Source of the DNA: a virus
Strand: one strand, 5' to 3'
Length of the DNA: 53,461 nt
UHGV virus genome: UHGV-0032033
Under the pieces are notes generated by a model. The model had not been told where the DNA came from. It made no database searches and saw only the letters and a program-made list of their open reading frames with translations. Positions 18,832 to 28,024 of this stretch are shown here, one piece after another (position 1 is the first letter of the stretch; each line of letters starts with the position of its first letter). A program made the translations under genes and the position numbers.

Positions 18832-19093
18832 TGCGCCGCAGATTCCGCGAACAAAAGAGCAAGTTCTAAAAGAAGCCCGTGATCAAATCGATCGCGGGCT
18901 TTTTTTATGCGGCACGGCAGCGGATCGGATGGCAAAAAGATTTAGTGACCTGTACGCAAAGCAAATATGGTTCGACAACTGGCAGGCAAGTTTTTACCCA
19001 CTGCAAAGAAAACCGGATATGCATTGGCCTGAATATGTCGATCCACGTATGCGCAAATATCGCGGGCGTATGGGCCAGGTTATTAACGATTAA
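18800..19093 (+). CDS. hypothetical protein (97 aa)
   Basis: Internal ATG of track ORF 18659..19093 preceded by gtttacaatatgg; overlaps ssb 3' end. Confidence 0.45.
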   Translation: MAKAESTHYLDAPQIPRTKEQVLKEARDQIDRGLFLCGTAADRMAKRFSDLYAKQIWFDNWQASFYPLQRKPDMHWPEYVDPRMRKYRGRMGQVIND

Positions 19094-19106
19094 TGAGGTG
19101 TTAATC

Positions 19107-19358
19107 ATGACAGCTACAACATTAAGCGAAAATAACGGTAGAGGTTTTCAGAGAACTGCGGAAAGCCTTGATGATAGTGATGTATTTGTTGATTTCGGCG
19201 GCGGAAACTACGAATTCGAGACGTCTGCGGGCTGGGTTGATAAATGGCCTTTCCCTACTCGACAGGAATTAAGCGAACGTAAATCATTTGGCGAAGATGC
19301 CGAACGCCTGGCGAATAATAAATGGTTGGATAAATTTATTGCGGAGGCTGATAAATGA
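19107..19358 (+). CDS. hypothetical protein (83 aa)
   Basis: RBS gaggtg; internal Met of track ORF 18879..19358. Confidence 0.5.
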   Translation: MTATTLSENNGRGFQRTAESLDDSDVFVDFGGGNYEFETSAGWVDKWPFPTRQELSERKSFGEDAERLANNKWLDKFIAEADK

Positions 19359-19474
19359 GCATGGTAAAAATTGCGGCATTAGCCGCCGCCTTCGTTATTG
19401 GGGTGATTTATATCACAGCTTCTTTTTATGTCGCCGTTTTTATTGCTGAATTAATTGTTGCATTGTTGGGGTGA
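19355..19474 (+). CDS. small hydrophobic membrane peptide (39 aa)
   Basis: ATGA-coupled to upstream gene; MSMVKIAALAAAFVIGVIYITASFYVAVFIAELIVALLG; below track cut-off. Confidence 0.4.
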   Translation: MSMVKIAALAAAFVIGVIYITASFYVAVFIAELIVALLG

Positions 19475-19477
19475 GTT

Positions 19478-19597
19478 ATGAAGGTTTGCAAGAATATTGT
19501 AAGGGTCGCTTTTTGCGTTATTTGTTTCCTGTTTACGATTGTGTTTTGCGGCGCACTTGCGGCGGTAATTAGCTTTATTTGTAAAGGGGCGATGTGA
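19478..19597 (+). CDS. small hydrophobic membrane peptide (39 aa)
   Basis: MKVCKNIVRVAFCVICFLFTIVFCGALAAVISFICKGAM; stop overlaps next ATG. Confidence 0.4.
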   Translation: MKVCKNIVRVAFCVICFLFTIVFCGALAAVISFICKGAM

Positions 19598-19869
19598 TGG
19601 TTACTTGGAATGCAAAAGAGGGCGATCTTGTTGTTTTGCCAGAATATCGTAGCGATCCTGGTCTGGTTGTGCTGAACAAGACATATAACGATCTTGAGCG
19701 CCCGATCCTGGTTAAATATCTGGATGGAACAATTATAGAGCCGCGTTTCTTCGACAAGATTGAACTGAAGGCCCGCAATGTTCGCGTTAAGCCGTTCCGG
19801 GCTTATGTTGAAAACCACTGGCGGAAATTGTTCGCCGGACTGAATGGGATGTTTGGCGTATGGCTATAA
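19594..19869 (+). CDS. hypothetical protein (91 aa)
   Basis: Track ORF, translationally coupled in early operon. Confidence 0.5.
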   Translation: MMVTWNAKEGDLVVLPEYRSDPGLVVLNKTYNDLERPILVKYLDGTIIEPRFFDKIELKARNVRVKPFRAYVENHWRKLFAGLNGMFGVWL

Positions 19870-20051
19870 AAGAAGTAAAGGTTAAACACCTGAAAGGTGG
19901 GGAGCGCTTAAAGGCGTGGTGGGGCCGTGAATTTACAGCTACTGCTTTCAGATTCAGGCAAGGCGGAGAGGTCATTATATACGACGAAAACATGGATGAA
20001 GTTGGTAAATGGCATCTTGAGCAATACGTCGAGGTGTTAAATGAAAATTAA
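19860..20051 (+). CDS. hypothetical protein (63 aa)
   Basis: Track ORF, coupled. Confidence 0.45.
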   Translation: MAIKEVKVKHLKGGERLKAWWGREFTATAFRFRQGGEVIIYDENMDEVGKWHLEQYVEVLNEN

Positions 20052-20373
20052 ATTCCATAAAGCATATGATAGCGAAACAAACAAGCTATCACTATTTATC
20101 GAATTCGAACGCAGGATCGTGGTTGTGCCCTGGGCACGGCGCTTTAATGACGCCGCCGGACGTAGACAATTCGCGGTCGATATGCTGTTACGCGGTTGCG
20201 GCCTTATGCGTCCGCTATCTGATTTAAAAAGAATGATGCCGGGATCGTTCGGTCAGATTGATGAAATAGAAATAAGCCCGGAAGAACTGAAACGGGAGCG
20301 TGATTTATTCCTTTCAAGCGAAGGAAACCCGTTTAATTCAGAAACAGAAATGAAATGGCATCACCCACTATAA
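20041..20373 (+). CDS. hypothetical protein (110 aa)
   Basis: Track ORF, coupled. Confidence 0.5.
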   Translation: MKIKFHKAYDSETNKLSLFIEFERRIVVVPWARRFNDAAGRRQFAVDMLLRGCGLMRPLSDLKRMMPGSFGQIDEIEISPEELKRERDLFLSSEGNPFNSETEMKWHHPL

Positions 20374-20386
20374 AAGGATAAATATC

Positions 20387-21007
20387 ATGAACGACATCAA
20401 AACAGCTTACTCTCTCGGTAATGAAGGCATGTTGATCACTCGCTATACAGATGATGCAAACTTTCACGAAGTGGAAATTAAAGATTATCACGAAGTATTG
20501 AAAGATATGGAAGCTGGCGCGTATGACGCTGATTTGAATCTGGCGCTACAGGTTGTTGATATTGTGATGGAGGCGTCAATCCGAGATTACGTGTCTTTAA
20601 GTATGGAAGAAAAAACATCGGTAGCGCGTTATGTATTCTCTCTTACTTTTGTGAAGCGCATGGAGGAAGAATTCGGACGCGTACCAGTGCCGGAAGAGGT
20701 TGATCCGCTCGCGTTCGGAAGTGCTGTTATTTTCCCGTTGAACAAGGATCAGCTTGGTAGTGTTTCACTGCATTCTATGCGCGGCCTGATGAAAAATATC
20801 TTTGAGGTTAAGATGTTGCAGAAATGTATTGAGGAAGGCCACAAAGAGGAAGAAGTAAAAGCGTTCATGCCATTGTTTTACGGTGAAATGGTTGGCAATG
20901 ATATGCGCGCAAATGATTTCGGTGTACAGGCGGCTATCGCTGTGCTTAATGATGCACGGAAAAACGCACAGCCGACGCCTGAACAGGGAAAACGTGTACT
21001 GCATTAA
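20387..21007 (+). CDS. hypothetical protein (206 aa)
   Basis: Track ORF with RBS; no recognised motif. Confidence 0.55.
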   Translation: MNDIKTAYSLGNEGMLITRYTDDANFHEVEIKDYHEVLKDMEAGAYDADLNLALQVVDIVMEASIRDYVSLSMEEKTSVARYVFSLTFVKRMEEEFGRVPVPEEVDPLAFGSAVIFPLNKDQLGSVSLHSMRGLMKNIFEVKMLQKCIEEGHKEEEVKAFMPLFYGEMVGNDMRANDFGVQAAIAVLNDARKNAQPTPEQGKRVLH

Positions 21008-21106
21008 CAGAGTAATTCCGATCACATAAATATACATTTTGTATTGTGATTGCATATCCGTTTTGTAAGCCGAAATCAAAAGGTTTACGGTGCGGAGGAA
21101 GCAAAA

Positions 21107-21325
21107 ATGGAACGCGAATTGATGCTTTATTGCGTAGAAGGTGGCGTAGGTCACGATGCCTACGTCGCCGGGAAAGGCTATCCAGCCGATGAAGTGCTTT
21201 CTAATATGCACTTCAGAGAAAATGAAAGCCAGGTGTCTGTGTGGAAACGATGCATTGATGGTATTGAGGTTGTAAGTATAGAACGGTATTTAGGTACGTT
21301 TGATTACGGTGTTATTGAGGCTTAA
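21107..21325 (+). CDS. hypothetical protein (72 aa)
   Basis: RBS gaggaag upstream of internal ATG of track ORF 21050..21325. Confidence 0.45.
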   Translation: MERELMLYCVEGGVGHDAYVAGKGYPADEVLSNMHFRENESQVSVWKRCIDGIEVVSIERYLGTFDYGVIEA

Positions 21326-21327
21326 TT

Positions 21328-21420
21328 ATGGACGACACATTGTTTTATATGTGCTGTTGCTGGGGTTTTATTGCCTTATGCCTGTTTATCAGGTGGTTTA
21401 TTGAATACCATATGAGGTAA
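21328..21420 (+). CDS. small hydrophobic peptide (30 aa)
   Basis: MDDTLFYMCCCWGFIALCLFIRWFIEYHMR; below track cut-off. Confidence 0.3.
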   Translation: MDDTLFYMCCCWGFIALCLFIRWFIEYHMR

Positions 21421-21423
21421 TGT

Positions 21424-21618
21424 ATGGAACAAGAAACTGATTATCGAATACCTGATAGCCTAAAATTAGTTGGCATTGGTTTCGGGTGTAGATTTGTATC
21501 TGACGCAAAAGGAGCGATTTATTTAATACGTCTTATTGATGGCGTTCAACATATAAGGAGATTAGGAATTTACATCAAAGCATTCAGAAGAGGTTATTTA
21601 AAAACTCATGAAATTTAA
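21424..21618 (+). CDS. hypothetical protein (64 aa)
   Basis: Track ORF. Confidence 0.4.
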   Translation: MEQETDYRIPDSLKLVGIGFGCRFVSDAKGAIYLIRLIDGVQHIRRLGIYIKAFRRGYLKTHEI

Positions 21619-21811
21619 ACATTACATGGAATGGAAAATTCCAGAAGCAGCAACAAAGGCAGCGCCAGGAAATTTTTCTGGCGTTTATTTTTATATGGAT
21701 GGCAAATGGTATTTCGGCAGCAGGCCGGATCACTATTATCAGGAAATATGCAAGCCTCACGTATGGGATATTAAAGAGCGCGTGAAAGGCGGGGTAATTG
21801 AGGACGTTTAA
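21608..21811 (+). CDS. hypothetical protein (67 aa)
   Basis: Track ORF. Confidence 0.45.
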   Translation: MKFKHYMEWKIPEAATKAAPGNFSGVYFYMDGKWYFGSRPDHYYQEICKPHVWDIKERVKGGVIEDV

Positions 21812-21812
21812 A

Positions 21813-22049
21813 ATGTTTAAGAGCTTTTTTAACTGGTTGGGGGCGTGGCTTTTGGCTACGCTTTTTGTTTTCCTGGCGGCCCTGACTGTTATCGGTGTTA
21901 TTATGCTGGGGGCTATGTTTATTACGTGGTCGCTTCCTGAATTTAACGACATTGGGAATATTCTTTTTGCAGCCCGCGCTTTATTGGCTGTTAGCGCATT
22001 CATTGGTTTTTGCTGGACTGCCGCGCCTGATTGGGCTGACACATGGTGA
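21813..22049 (+). CDS. hypothetical membrane protein (78 aa)
   Basis: Two hydrophobic helices (WLLATLFVFLAALTVIGVIMLGAMFITW; LLAVSAFIGFCW). Confidence 0.45.
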   Translation: MFKSFFNWLGAWLLATLFVFLAALTVIGVIMLGAMFITWSLPEFNDIGNILFAARALLAVSAFIGFCWTAAPDWADTW

Positions 22050-22295
22050 TCCTATGGCTTTATTCAATATGTCAGAGCCGCAATTTAACGCCGTAAAGAC
22101 TGCCCCCGCGCCGCGCTTTCGGCCTGCAAGGCGGAGGTAGAAAAGAACGGATACAGCGATAAAGCCACGCGGCTGATATTAGATAAGCATTATCGCAAGG
22201 TCGCCCCGCTAATCAGTATTGAGCGTTTTGTGTGGTTGGTGGGGTATCTGAATAACCGCTGGGGAACGGAACAGGATTATTTCTAAGGGGGCGTA

Positions 22296-22835
22296 ATGAA
22301 AAATGATTACGGCGGCAGCCATACGCCGAAAGAAATAAAAGACTTATGGCAAACGCCAAAACCAGTTTTTAGAGGAATGGATCGGGAATTCGAATTCGTC
22401 GCGGATGTGGCGGCAAACAAGGCAAACGCATTAATCCCGCGATATATAACCGAAGAAATGGACACGCTTCATTATCCGTGGGGTGCGGTGGCGATGCCTG
22501 GTGAGTATGTCTGGATGAATCCGCCATATTCTAATCCGGGGCCATTCGTTGATAAGGCGGCGCTTGAACATCAACGAAATCACATTGGCTGTGTAATGCT
22601 ATTGCCCGCTGACATTTCTGTTAGCTGGTTTATGAACGGCGTGGAGACGGCAAACGAATGCCGATTAATCACGCGCGGGCGGCTGGCGTTTATCAATGCT
22701 GCAACAGGGAAACCAGTAAGCGGGAACAATAAGGGGAGCTTGTTCTTGATCTGGCATCCACGATGCAGACATGAATGTATTTTCACGCAGATAACACGTA
22801 AAGAGCTATATGCAAGAGGTGCAGAAAATGAGTAA
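22296..22835 (+). CDS. dam: DNA N6-adenine methyltransferase (phage Dam-type)
   Basis: 179 aa; catalytic NPPY motif (YVWMNPPYSNPGPFVDKA), size and context typical of phage Dam. Confidence 0.8.
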   Translation: MKNDYGGSHTPKEIKDLWQTPKPVFRGMDREFEFVADVAANKANALIPRYITEEMDTLHYPWGAVAMPGEYVWMNPPYSNPGPFVDKAALEHQRNHIGCVMLLPADISVSWFMNGVETANECRLITRGRLAFINAATGKPVSGNNKGSLFLIWHPRCRHECIFTQITRKELYARGAENE

Positions 22836-23340
22836 AGCGGCTAAATTGCTGAGACTTGCGGCTGAAACTATCGAGGCAAGAGGGGAACAAAACGGATACG
22901 ATCGAAAAGAAGAAAAATCAGCGCCAAAAATAGCGGCTATTTTCAACGCTAAGATGAATGCAAATTTGACCCCGCTTGATGTATGGGATCTAATGATTTG
23001 CCTCAAGGAAGCGCGTTTAGGGGCTATTCTCGCTAATGGAACTGATCCGCTCGACACTCTTATAGACCTTATTGCTTATAACGCGCTTAAGGCCGAACAA
23101 ATATTAACGGAGCGGGAGGAAGAGCAAAAGAAAAAACAGGGCGTTTTTGATCTCCCTATCGGTGGATTGAAGAAAACTTTTGCTGACCTTGCCGGACCAG
23201 AACCATCTATTGTACCGGGGACAATCCCACCTGTGATGTTTAACGGTGGTGAGATTACTAATCGGCTTGATGTGAAGTTTGACAACGAATCGCTATTACG
23301 CGCGGCGGGGTATCATAAAAATGGAAAGGGTGACAATTGA
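22828..23340 (+). CDS. hypothetical protein (170 aa)
   Basis: RBS; ORF between the two methyltransferase-like genes. Confidence 0.5.
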   Translation: MSKAAKLLRLAAETIEARGEQNGYDRKEEKSAPKIAAIFNAKMNANLTPLDVWDLMICLKEARLGAILANGTDPLDTLIDLIAYNALKAEQILTEREEEQKKKQGVFDLPIGGLKKTFADLAGPEPSIVPGTIPPVMFNGGEITNRLDVKFDNESLLRAAGYHKNGKGDN

Positions 23341-23824
23341 CAGGTTATTAGCCTGCGTTTATGTCGCCGTTTTTGTGATCATCAATCTTATTGTTAATCA
23401 TTGCGGCCCGTGGATAATTCCGATCACCACGGTAGCCGCCGTGTGTGTCAATATGATGATCCGTGACCTCCTGTTATATGACGGCGGCCTGAAATGGTCG
23501 GCTACAACATGCGCCGCCGCTGGCGCAATCACGGTGCTGATAAATTACGACGCCGGAATGGTGGCGATCGCGTCATTCGTTGCGGTTGTTTCCGGTGCAC
23601 TTATTTCTGGCGGCGTTTACCGGGTTTTGCCTGGTGGCTTTGATTCTAAACGTTGGCCTGCAAATATAGCGTCCGCCATTGGTGATGCGTTAATTTTTCC
23701 TACGCTATCGTTTATGGCGTTTATGCCGGAAATATCAGCTATGCAATTCATCTCAAAAATGGCAGCGGTAACGGTGATTACTATCATCATGCGACGCTAT
23801 TTCACGTTTGAGGGTAGAAAATGA
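23321..23824 (+). CDS. multi-pass membrane protein, possibly VUT/YhhQ-like transporter (tentative)
   Basis: ~4 predicted TM helices; recalled resemblance to YhhQ segments (MIRDLLLYDG, IASAIGDALIFPTLSF); start uncertain. Confidence 0.35.
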   Translation: MERVTIDRLLACVYVAVFVIINLIVNHCGPWIIPITTVAAVCVNMMIRDLLLYDGGLKWSATTCAAAGAITVLINYDAGMVAIASFVAVVSGALISGGVYRVLPGGFDSKRWPANIASAIGDALIFPTLSFMAFMPEISAMQFISKMAAVTVITIIMRRYFTFEGRK

Positions 23825-24585
23825 GCGGGCTTAGAAATTGGGTTATCTGGTCGCTGTATGACGGCAGCGGGTACGCCGTTAAAGATTGGGCGGACGCTGG
23901 TTATAAATGTTATTGCTTCAACTATGACGGCGCTAATCACGGGGATTATGACGGGGTAAAAATAATTCATCCAAATATTGAATATGTCAATGTCTGGATT
24001 GACAGCCATTTCCTGGTAATGTTCTCCCCTGAATTGTCTGTTTATCCAGATCCTGACATTATCCTGGCCTTTCCGCCATGCGACCATCTCGCCGTGTCAG
24101 GCGCTCGTTGGTTTGCCAGCAAGCGTGAAAAAGATCCTGATTTTCAGGTGAAAGCGGCATACAACGCAAAACTGGTAGAAACGCTGGCTGATATGTATCA
24201 CGTCCCGTGGATGGTGGAAAATCCGGTAGGCGCACTGTCAACGTTATGGCGTAAACCGGATTTCATCTTCAATCCGTGCGCTTACGGTGGCTACCTGCCG
24301 GAAGATGATGAACATCCCGCTTTCCCGGAATACATAGCCGCCCGCGACGCTTACACGAAGAAAACATGTATCTGGTGCGGGAATGGATTTAAGCAGCCGC
24401 TATTCCGGCCTGTACCGATGCCGGATGAATGGGAAAACAGCAAACAGTACGCGAAATTGGGCGGGAAGTCGAAACGCACTAAGATGATCCGCTCACTAAC
24501 GCCGCGCGGCTTTGCCCGTGCTGTATTCATGGCTAACGACCGGGCCATCACTCGTACTACGCTTAACCGCGTTTTACCGGACTAA
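23821..24585 (+). CDS. compact DNA cytosine-C5 methyltransferase-like protein (254 aa)
   Basis: Motif I-like IWSLYDGSGYA, PC motif ILAFPPCDHLAVSGARW, ENV-like WMVENPVGAL, C-terminal TPRGFARAVFMAND; much shorter than canonical C5-MTases. Confidence 0.5.
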   Translation: MSGLRNWVIWSLYDGSGYAVKDWADAGYKCYCFNYDGANHGDYDGVKIIHPNIEYVNVWIDSHFLVMFSPELSVYPDPDIILAFPPCDHLAVSGARWFASKREKDPDFQVKAAYNAKLVETLADMYHVPWMVENPVGALSTLWRKPDFIFNPCAYGGYLPEDDEHPAFPEYIAARDAYTKKTCIWCGNGFKQPLFRPVPMPDEWENSKQYAKLGGKSKRTKMIRSLTPRGFARAVFMANDRAITRTTLNRVLPD

Positions 24586-24744
24586 AGTTTACAAAATGGC
24601 GTCATTGCGTGATGCGGATCACATAATGGCGCTTTTTGCCTTGTTTGGGGGTATCCATTTTGTATACTTCAAGCAAACAAAATGCTCTTTAAAAATCCGG
24701 CAGCGCTGAAATGCGTAGAAATCACCTGAAAAGGAGAGAGCATT

Positions 24745-24921
24745 ATGTCTTTTGATGATTACCAATGGCATGACGACTATGAACGAGAAAGCGTCATGCG
24801 TGCAATGTGCAATGTATGCAGCACGAAGAAAGGAGGCTGTAACGAGTGCAACGAATGCTTAGATCATTGGCTAAGGGCCGGACACGCCGAAAGGCTGAAC
24901 GAAACAGAGAATCAAAAATAA
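24745..24921 (+). CDS. small Cys-rich (zinc-ribbon-like) protein (58 aa)
   Basis: RBS aaaggagag; MSFDDYQWHDDYERESVMRAMCNVCSTKKGGCNECNECLDHW...; below track cut-off. Confidence 0.4.
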   Translation: MSFDDYQWHDDYERESVMRAMCNVCSTKKGGCNECNECLDHWLRAGHAERLNETENQK

Positions 24922-24935
24922 TCGGGGTGGTTTTT

Positions 24936-25541
24936 ATGCAAAACCCTAAAAAACCCATAAGACGCCGTTGCAAATGCTGCGGCGTTTTTTTTGAGCCTAA
25001 ATATCACAATCAAACGTGGTGCAGCGATGAATGTCTGGAAGAACTGAAGTTTGATCAGCTATGTCGCGACCGTGAGAAGGCTATGAAGGCTATGGAGCGG
25101 AAGAAACGCCGTGATAGCCAGCGTGAAGAACGCAACCGGAAGCGTAAACAGTTAAATCCGCGTAGTTATTGGTTAAAGCAGGCGCAAGCGGTATTTAATG
25201 CATATATCCGCGAACGCGACGCGGGTCAGCCGTGTATATCTTGCGGGACTTATTACGGCGATCAGTGTTCCTGGGATGCCGGGCACTATAGAACGGTTGC
25301 TGCCGCAGGGCACCTTCGTTTTAACGAAGATAACTGCCATCGCCAATGCAGGCACTGCAACCAGACATTAGACGGCAACATAGCAGCTTATCGCCCTGCA
25401 CTGATTAGAAAAATTGGCCTCGCCAGGGTGGAAGCGCTGGAGAACAACAACGATACGCATAAATGGACGATCGAAGAATGTAAAGAGATTATAAAAATCT
25501 ATCAGGCGAAATTGGACGCCTTAAGGAGAAAGGCAGCATGA
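24936..25541 (+). CDS. ninG: NinG/Rap-like recombination protein
   Basis: 201 aa from internal Met; Cys-rich clusters (RRCKCCGVFFEPKYHNQTWCSDEC; CISCGTYYGDQC; CHRQCRHCN); precedes rusA as in lambda nin region. Confidence 0.7.
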   Translation: MQNPKKPIRRRCKCCGVFFEPKYHNQTWCSDECLEELKFDQLCRDREKAMKAMERKKRRDSQREERNRKRKQLNPRSYWLKQAQAVFNAYIRERDAGQPCISCGTYYGDQCSWDAGHYRTVAAAGHLRFNEDNCHRQCRHCNQTLDGNIAAYRPALIRKIGLARVEALENNNDTHKWTIEECKEIIKIYQAKLDALRRKAA

Positions 25542-25945
25542 ATGAATATTCTTTTAGCCTGCCTTACCCGCCATCGAATAACCGCTATTACCGACATTCG
25601 CGCGGTTTTCACTATATCAGCAAAGTGGGGAAGGAATACCGGGAACAAGTAAAAGACATCATCGAATTATTAAATTTAGACATTAACCTATCTTGCCGAC
25701 TGGCAATCGCCATTTATGCCGCGCCGCCGGATAACCGGATCAGAGATCTGGATAATATCCCAAAATGCCTTTTTGACAGCCTTACTTACGCCGGATTCTG
25801 GACTGACGACGGACAAATCGACTCAATAAAAATTGTACGCTGCCGGAAGGTAAAAGGCGGGCGATTGTTTATCAAGGTACGCGAAAGCGGCGACCTGCTA
25901 CCGGATATTGACGAATACGCGACCAATATGTGGAGTGAGCAATGA
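25538..25945 (+). CDS. rusA: RusA-family Holliday junction resolvase
   Basis: LPYPPSNNRYYRHSRG, DLDNIPKCLFDSLTYAGFWTDDGQIDSIKIVR motifs. Confidence 0.85.
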   Translation: MNEYSFSLPYPPSNNRYYRHSRGFHYISKVGKEYREQVKDIIELLNLDINLSCRLAIAIYAAPPDNRIRDLDNIPKCLFDSLTYAGFWTDDGQIDSIKIVRCRKVKGGRLFIKVRESGDLLPDIDEYATNMWSEQ

Positions 25946-26124
25946 AAAACGAAGTTAAAGATCTGCAAATAGATATTCAGCGCGACGAACGTGATTTAGA
26001 GACGGTCCGACAAATCCAGGCTTTCCACATGAGCGAATTACTTGCGCTGAAAGAGTTTGAAAGAAAGCTGGTGCAATCCATTTCTGATCGTAAATGCCTT
26101 ATTGCTCGTTACGGGGGGAAATAA
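25942..26124 (+). CDS. hypothetical protein (60 aa)
   Basis: Track ORF, coupled. Confidence 0.4.
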   Translation: MKNEVKDLQIDIQRDERDLETVRQIQAFHMSELLALKEFERKLVQSISDRKCLIARYGGK

Positions 26125-26846
26125 TGAATTTAGAATCCATTCTGAAATTCCACTTCCCAAAATCACCGCGATTATCAGACGAAAGCCGGGGAACATCACC
26201 TGATGCACTTAATACTACTGATGCGCTTACCGCCGCTGGTATGGCGCAATCGCGCGTAGAGCTTGGTTATAGCGCTTTTCTAGGGAAGATGGAACTATCA
26301 CAAGCCGAAAAACACAGGGCCGTAGTTTTGCTTACAGAGCGTTTAAGAGCTATGGCAAAAGATTACGAATACGTCATGGAACTGGAGGAGAGCCAGCGCA
26401 ATGATTTTATTATTCTTGTTGCCGTTTTCGCGTTTCGGGATTATTGCCAAAGCGCCGCGACGGAAAAAACTTGTATGGAGTGCGGCGGATATAAATTTAC
26501 GTTTGACGAATACGGAGAAAAACACCTTTGCAAAAAATGCAAGGGGCACGGGAAAGTTCGCAATCATTGTAAACAATGCAAGGGGCGCGGCGAGATACCG
26601 GATAAAACAGCCAGCAATGCGGCAGAAATGCCAGTCTTCAAAACGTGCCAGCACTGTGGCGGGCGCGGGTACTCGCGTTTCCCGGTAGATCTCGTCCGGC
26701 AGGCTGTTAACCAGCTTGTTTTCCCGGTAAGCCGATCAACATGGTGGAAGAAATACAGGGTTTTCTATGAGGACGCCATAGCGGAGCTATTCAAAGAAGA
26801 AGCCCGCGCGGAAAGCGAAATCAAGCGAGTGACACGGGGTGAATAA
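26124..26846 (+). CDS. Cys-rich zinc-finger protein, candidate late antiterminator (Q-like)
   Basis: Position after ninG-rusA as for lambda Q; repeated CxxCxGxG motifs (CMECGGYKF, CKKCKGHGK, CKQCKGRGE, CQHCGGRGY); assignment tentative. Confidence 0.45.
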   Translation: MNLESILKFHFPKSPRLSDESRGTSPDALNTTDALTAAGMAQSRVELGYSAFLGKMELSQAEKHRAVVLLTERLRAMAKDYEYVMELEESQRNDFIILVAVFAFRDYCQSAATEKTCMECGGYKFTFDEYGEKHLCKKCKGHGKVRNHCKQCKGRGEIPDKTASNAAEMPVFKTCQHCGGRGYSRFPVDLVRQAVNQLVFPVSRSTWWKKYRVFYEDAIAELFKEEARAESEIKRVTRGE

Positions 26847-27046
26847 TGGATAAGTTAGAAATAAACGATCAGTTTGCCGTTATCTTATTTGAAGATAAAA
26901 CAGGCGGCGCATGGTGTAAGAAAGTCACTGGTGCGGAAGCGCGTTTAATATTGGGTATGGCGAGCGCGTTAAACGAGGGCGAATTGCCCGCCATCCCTGT
27001 TAAGCCTGTCAAAATTTACAAGCGGGGTGACGATGATGAAGCCTAA
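26846..27046 (+). CDS. hypothetical protein (66 aa)
   Basis: Track ORF, start abuts upstream stop. Confidence 0.45.
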   Translation: MDKLEINDQFAVILFEDKTGGAWCKKVTGAEARLILGMASALNEGELPAIPVKPVKIYKRGDDDEA

Positions 27047-27308
27047 ATTAAAAGAACATATTTACCGCCAGTTGATTAACGAGCTTGCTGATACGGCCCG
27101 ATATTACGCCGGAACACAACAGCTACGCGGGCGGATATCTTCGGTTGTTAACCGCTATATTGATGCCGGATGTCATCGCAAAGGTGAAATTACGATGGAC
27201 GAGGCCATCAAACGCCGTTCGGCTGAATGGTCAGTGAGTAATACCGGATTAACCGGATACATCGAAGGCTATAACGACTGTTTACAGGATCATAATGATG
27301 GCAAGTAA
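27027..27308 (+). CDS. hypothetical protein (start uncertain, probably ATG a few codons in)
   Basis: Track ORF begins at a GTG; in-frame ATGs 2-3 codons downstream with ggggtga SD. Confidence 0.45.
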   Translation: MTMMKPKLKEHIYRQLINELADTARYYAGTQQLRGRISSVVNRYIDAGCHRKGEITMDEAIKRRSAEWSVSNTGLTGYIEGYNDCLQDHNDGK

Positions 27309-27606
27309 AGACCTACATTTGAACCTGAAAGGGGAATATTTTCACGCCATCCGGGCGGGAAAGAAGGTGGAGGAATACCGGCTTTACAATGACTATTGGC
27401 GGAAACGCCTGGAAGGTCGGGAATATGAACGCCTGATAATCAAGCTTGGTTATCCAGCCAGCCACGAAACACACCGGATCATAAACCTGCCTTATTTCGG
27501 GTACGAAGTAAAAACTATCACGCATCCATTATTCGGCCCTGATCCTGTTAAGGTATTCGCAATTAAATGTGATGTGAATTGGATGTTAAGGTGGGGTGAG
27601 CAATGA
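27295..27606 (+). CDS. ASCH-domain-like protein
   Basis: N-terminal LNLKGEYFHAIRAGKKVEEYR resembles ASCH/PUA-like beta-barrel signature. Confidence 0.45.
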   Translation: MMASKDLHLNLKGEYFHAIRAGKKVEEYRLYNDYWRKRLEGREYERLIIKLGYPASHETHRIINLPYFGYEVKTITHPLFGPDPVKVFAIKCDVNWMLRWGEQ

Positions 27607-27818
27607 AAAAAGCTGGCCTATCAATTAGCCGTGTATTGTGCGGTGACGAAAACGAGATCCGCATAGAAATTAAATTTAGCACAGGTAAAGAGATAATCCT
27701 TTACACGACACCTGAAAACCTGGCGCTGGTGCTTACTGGTAAATCTGAAACGCCGTGCGACGTCCGCTTACGCAATATTGAGATCAGGGAAATAGGAGAG
27801 GCGAAAAATGAAAAGTAA
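27603..27818 (+). CDS. hypothetical protein (71 aa)
   Basis: Track ORF, coupled. Confidence 0.45.
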   Translation: MKKAGLSISRVLCGDENEIRIEIKFSTGKEIILYTTPENLALVLTGKSETPCDVRLRNIEIREIGEAKNEK

Positions 27819-28020
27819 CCGTAAACGCCTGGTAAGAGCATATGATAAAGCGTTAAAGGCTTTTGATGATCTGCGACACAATAAGCGCCAGCGCCGCAAA
27901 TGGGCGCGAATGCTTGTTGGTGAATGGCATAACGAAGATTTCTTTCTGGAAGCGCGGCACATGACGCAAGAAGACGCGGACCAATTAGCTTACGATAATG
28001 TTTATTATATGATGTGGTGA
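27808..28020 (+). CDS. hypothetical protein (70 aa)
   Basis: Track ORF, coupled. Confidence 0.45.
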   Translation: MKSNRKRLVRAYDKALKAFDDLRHNKRQRRKWARMLVGEWHNEDFFLEARHMTQEDADQLAYDNVYYMMW

Positions 28021-28024
28021 CAAT

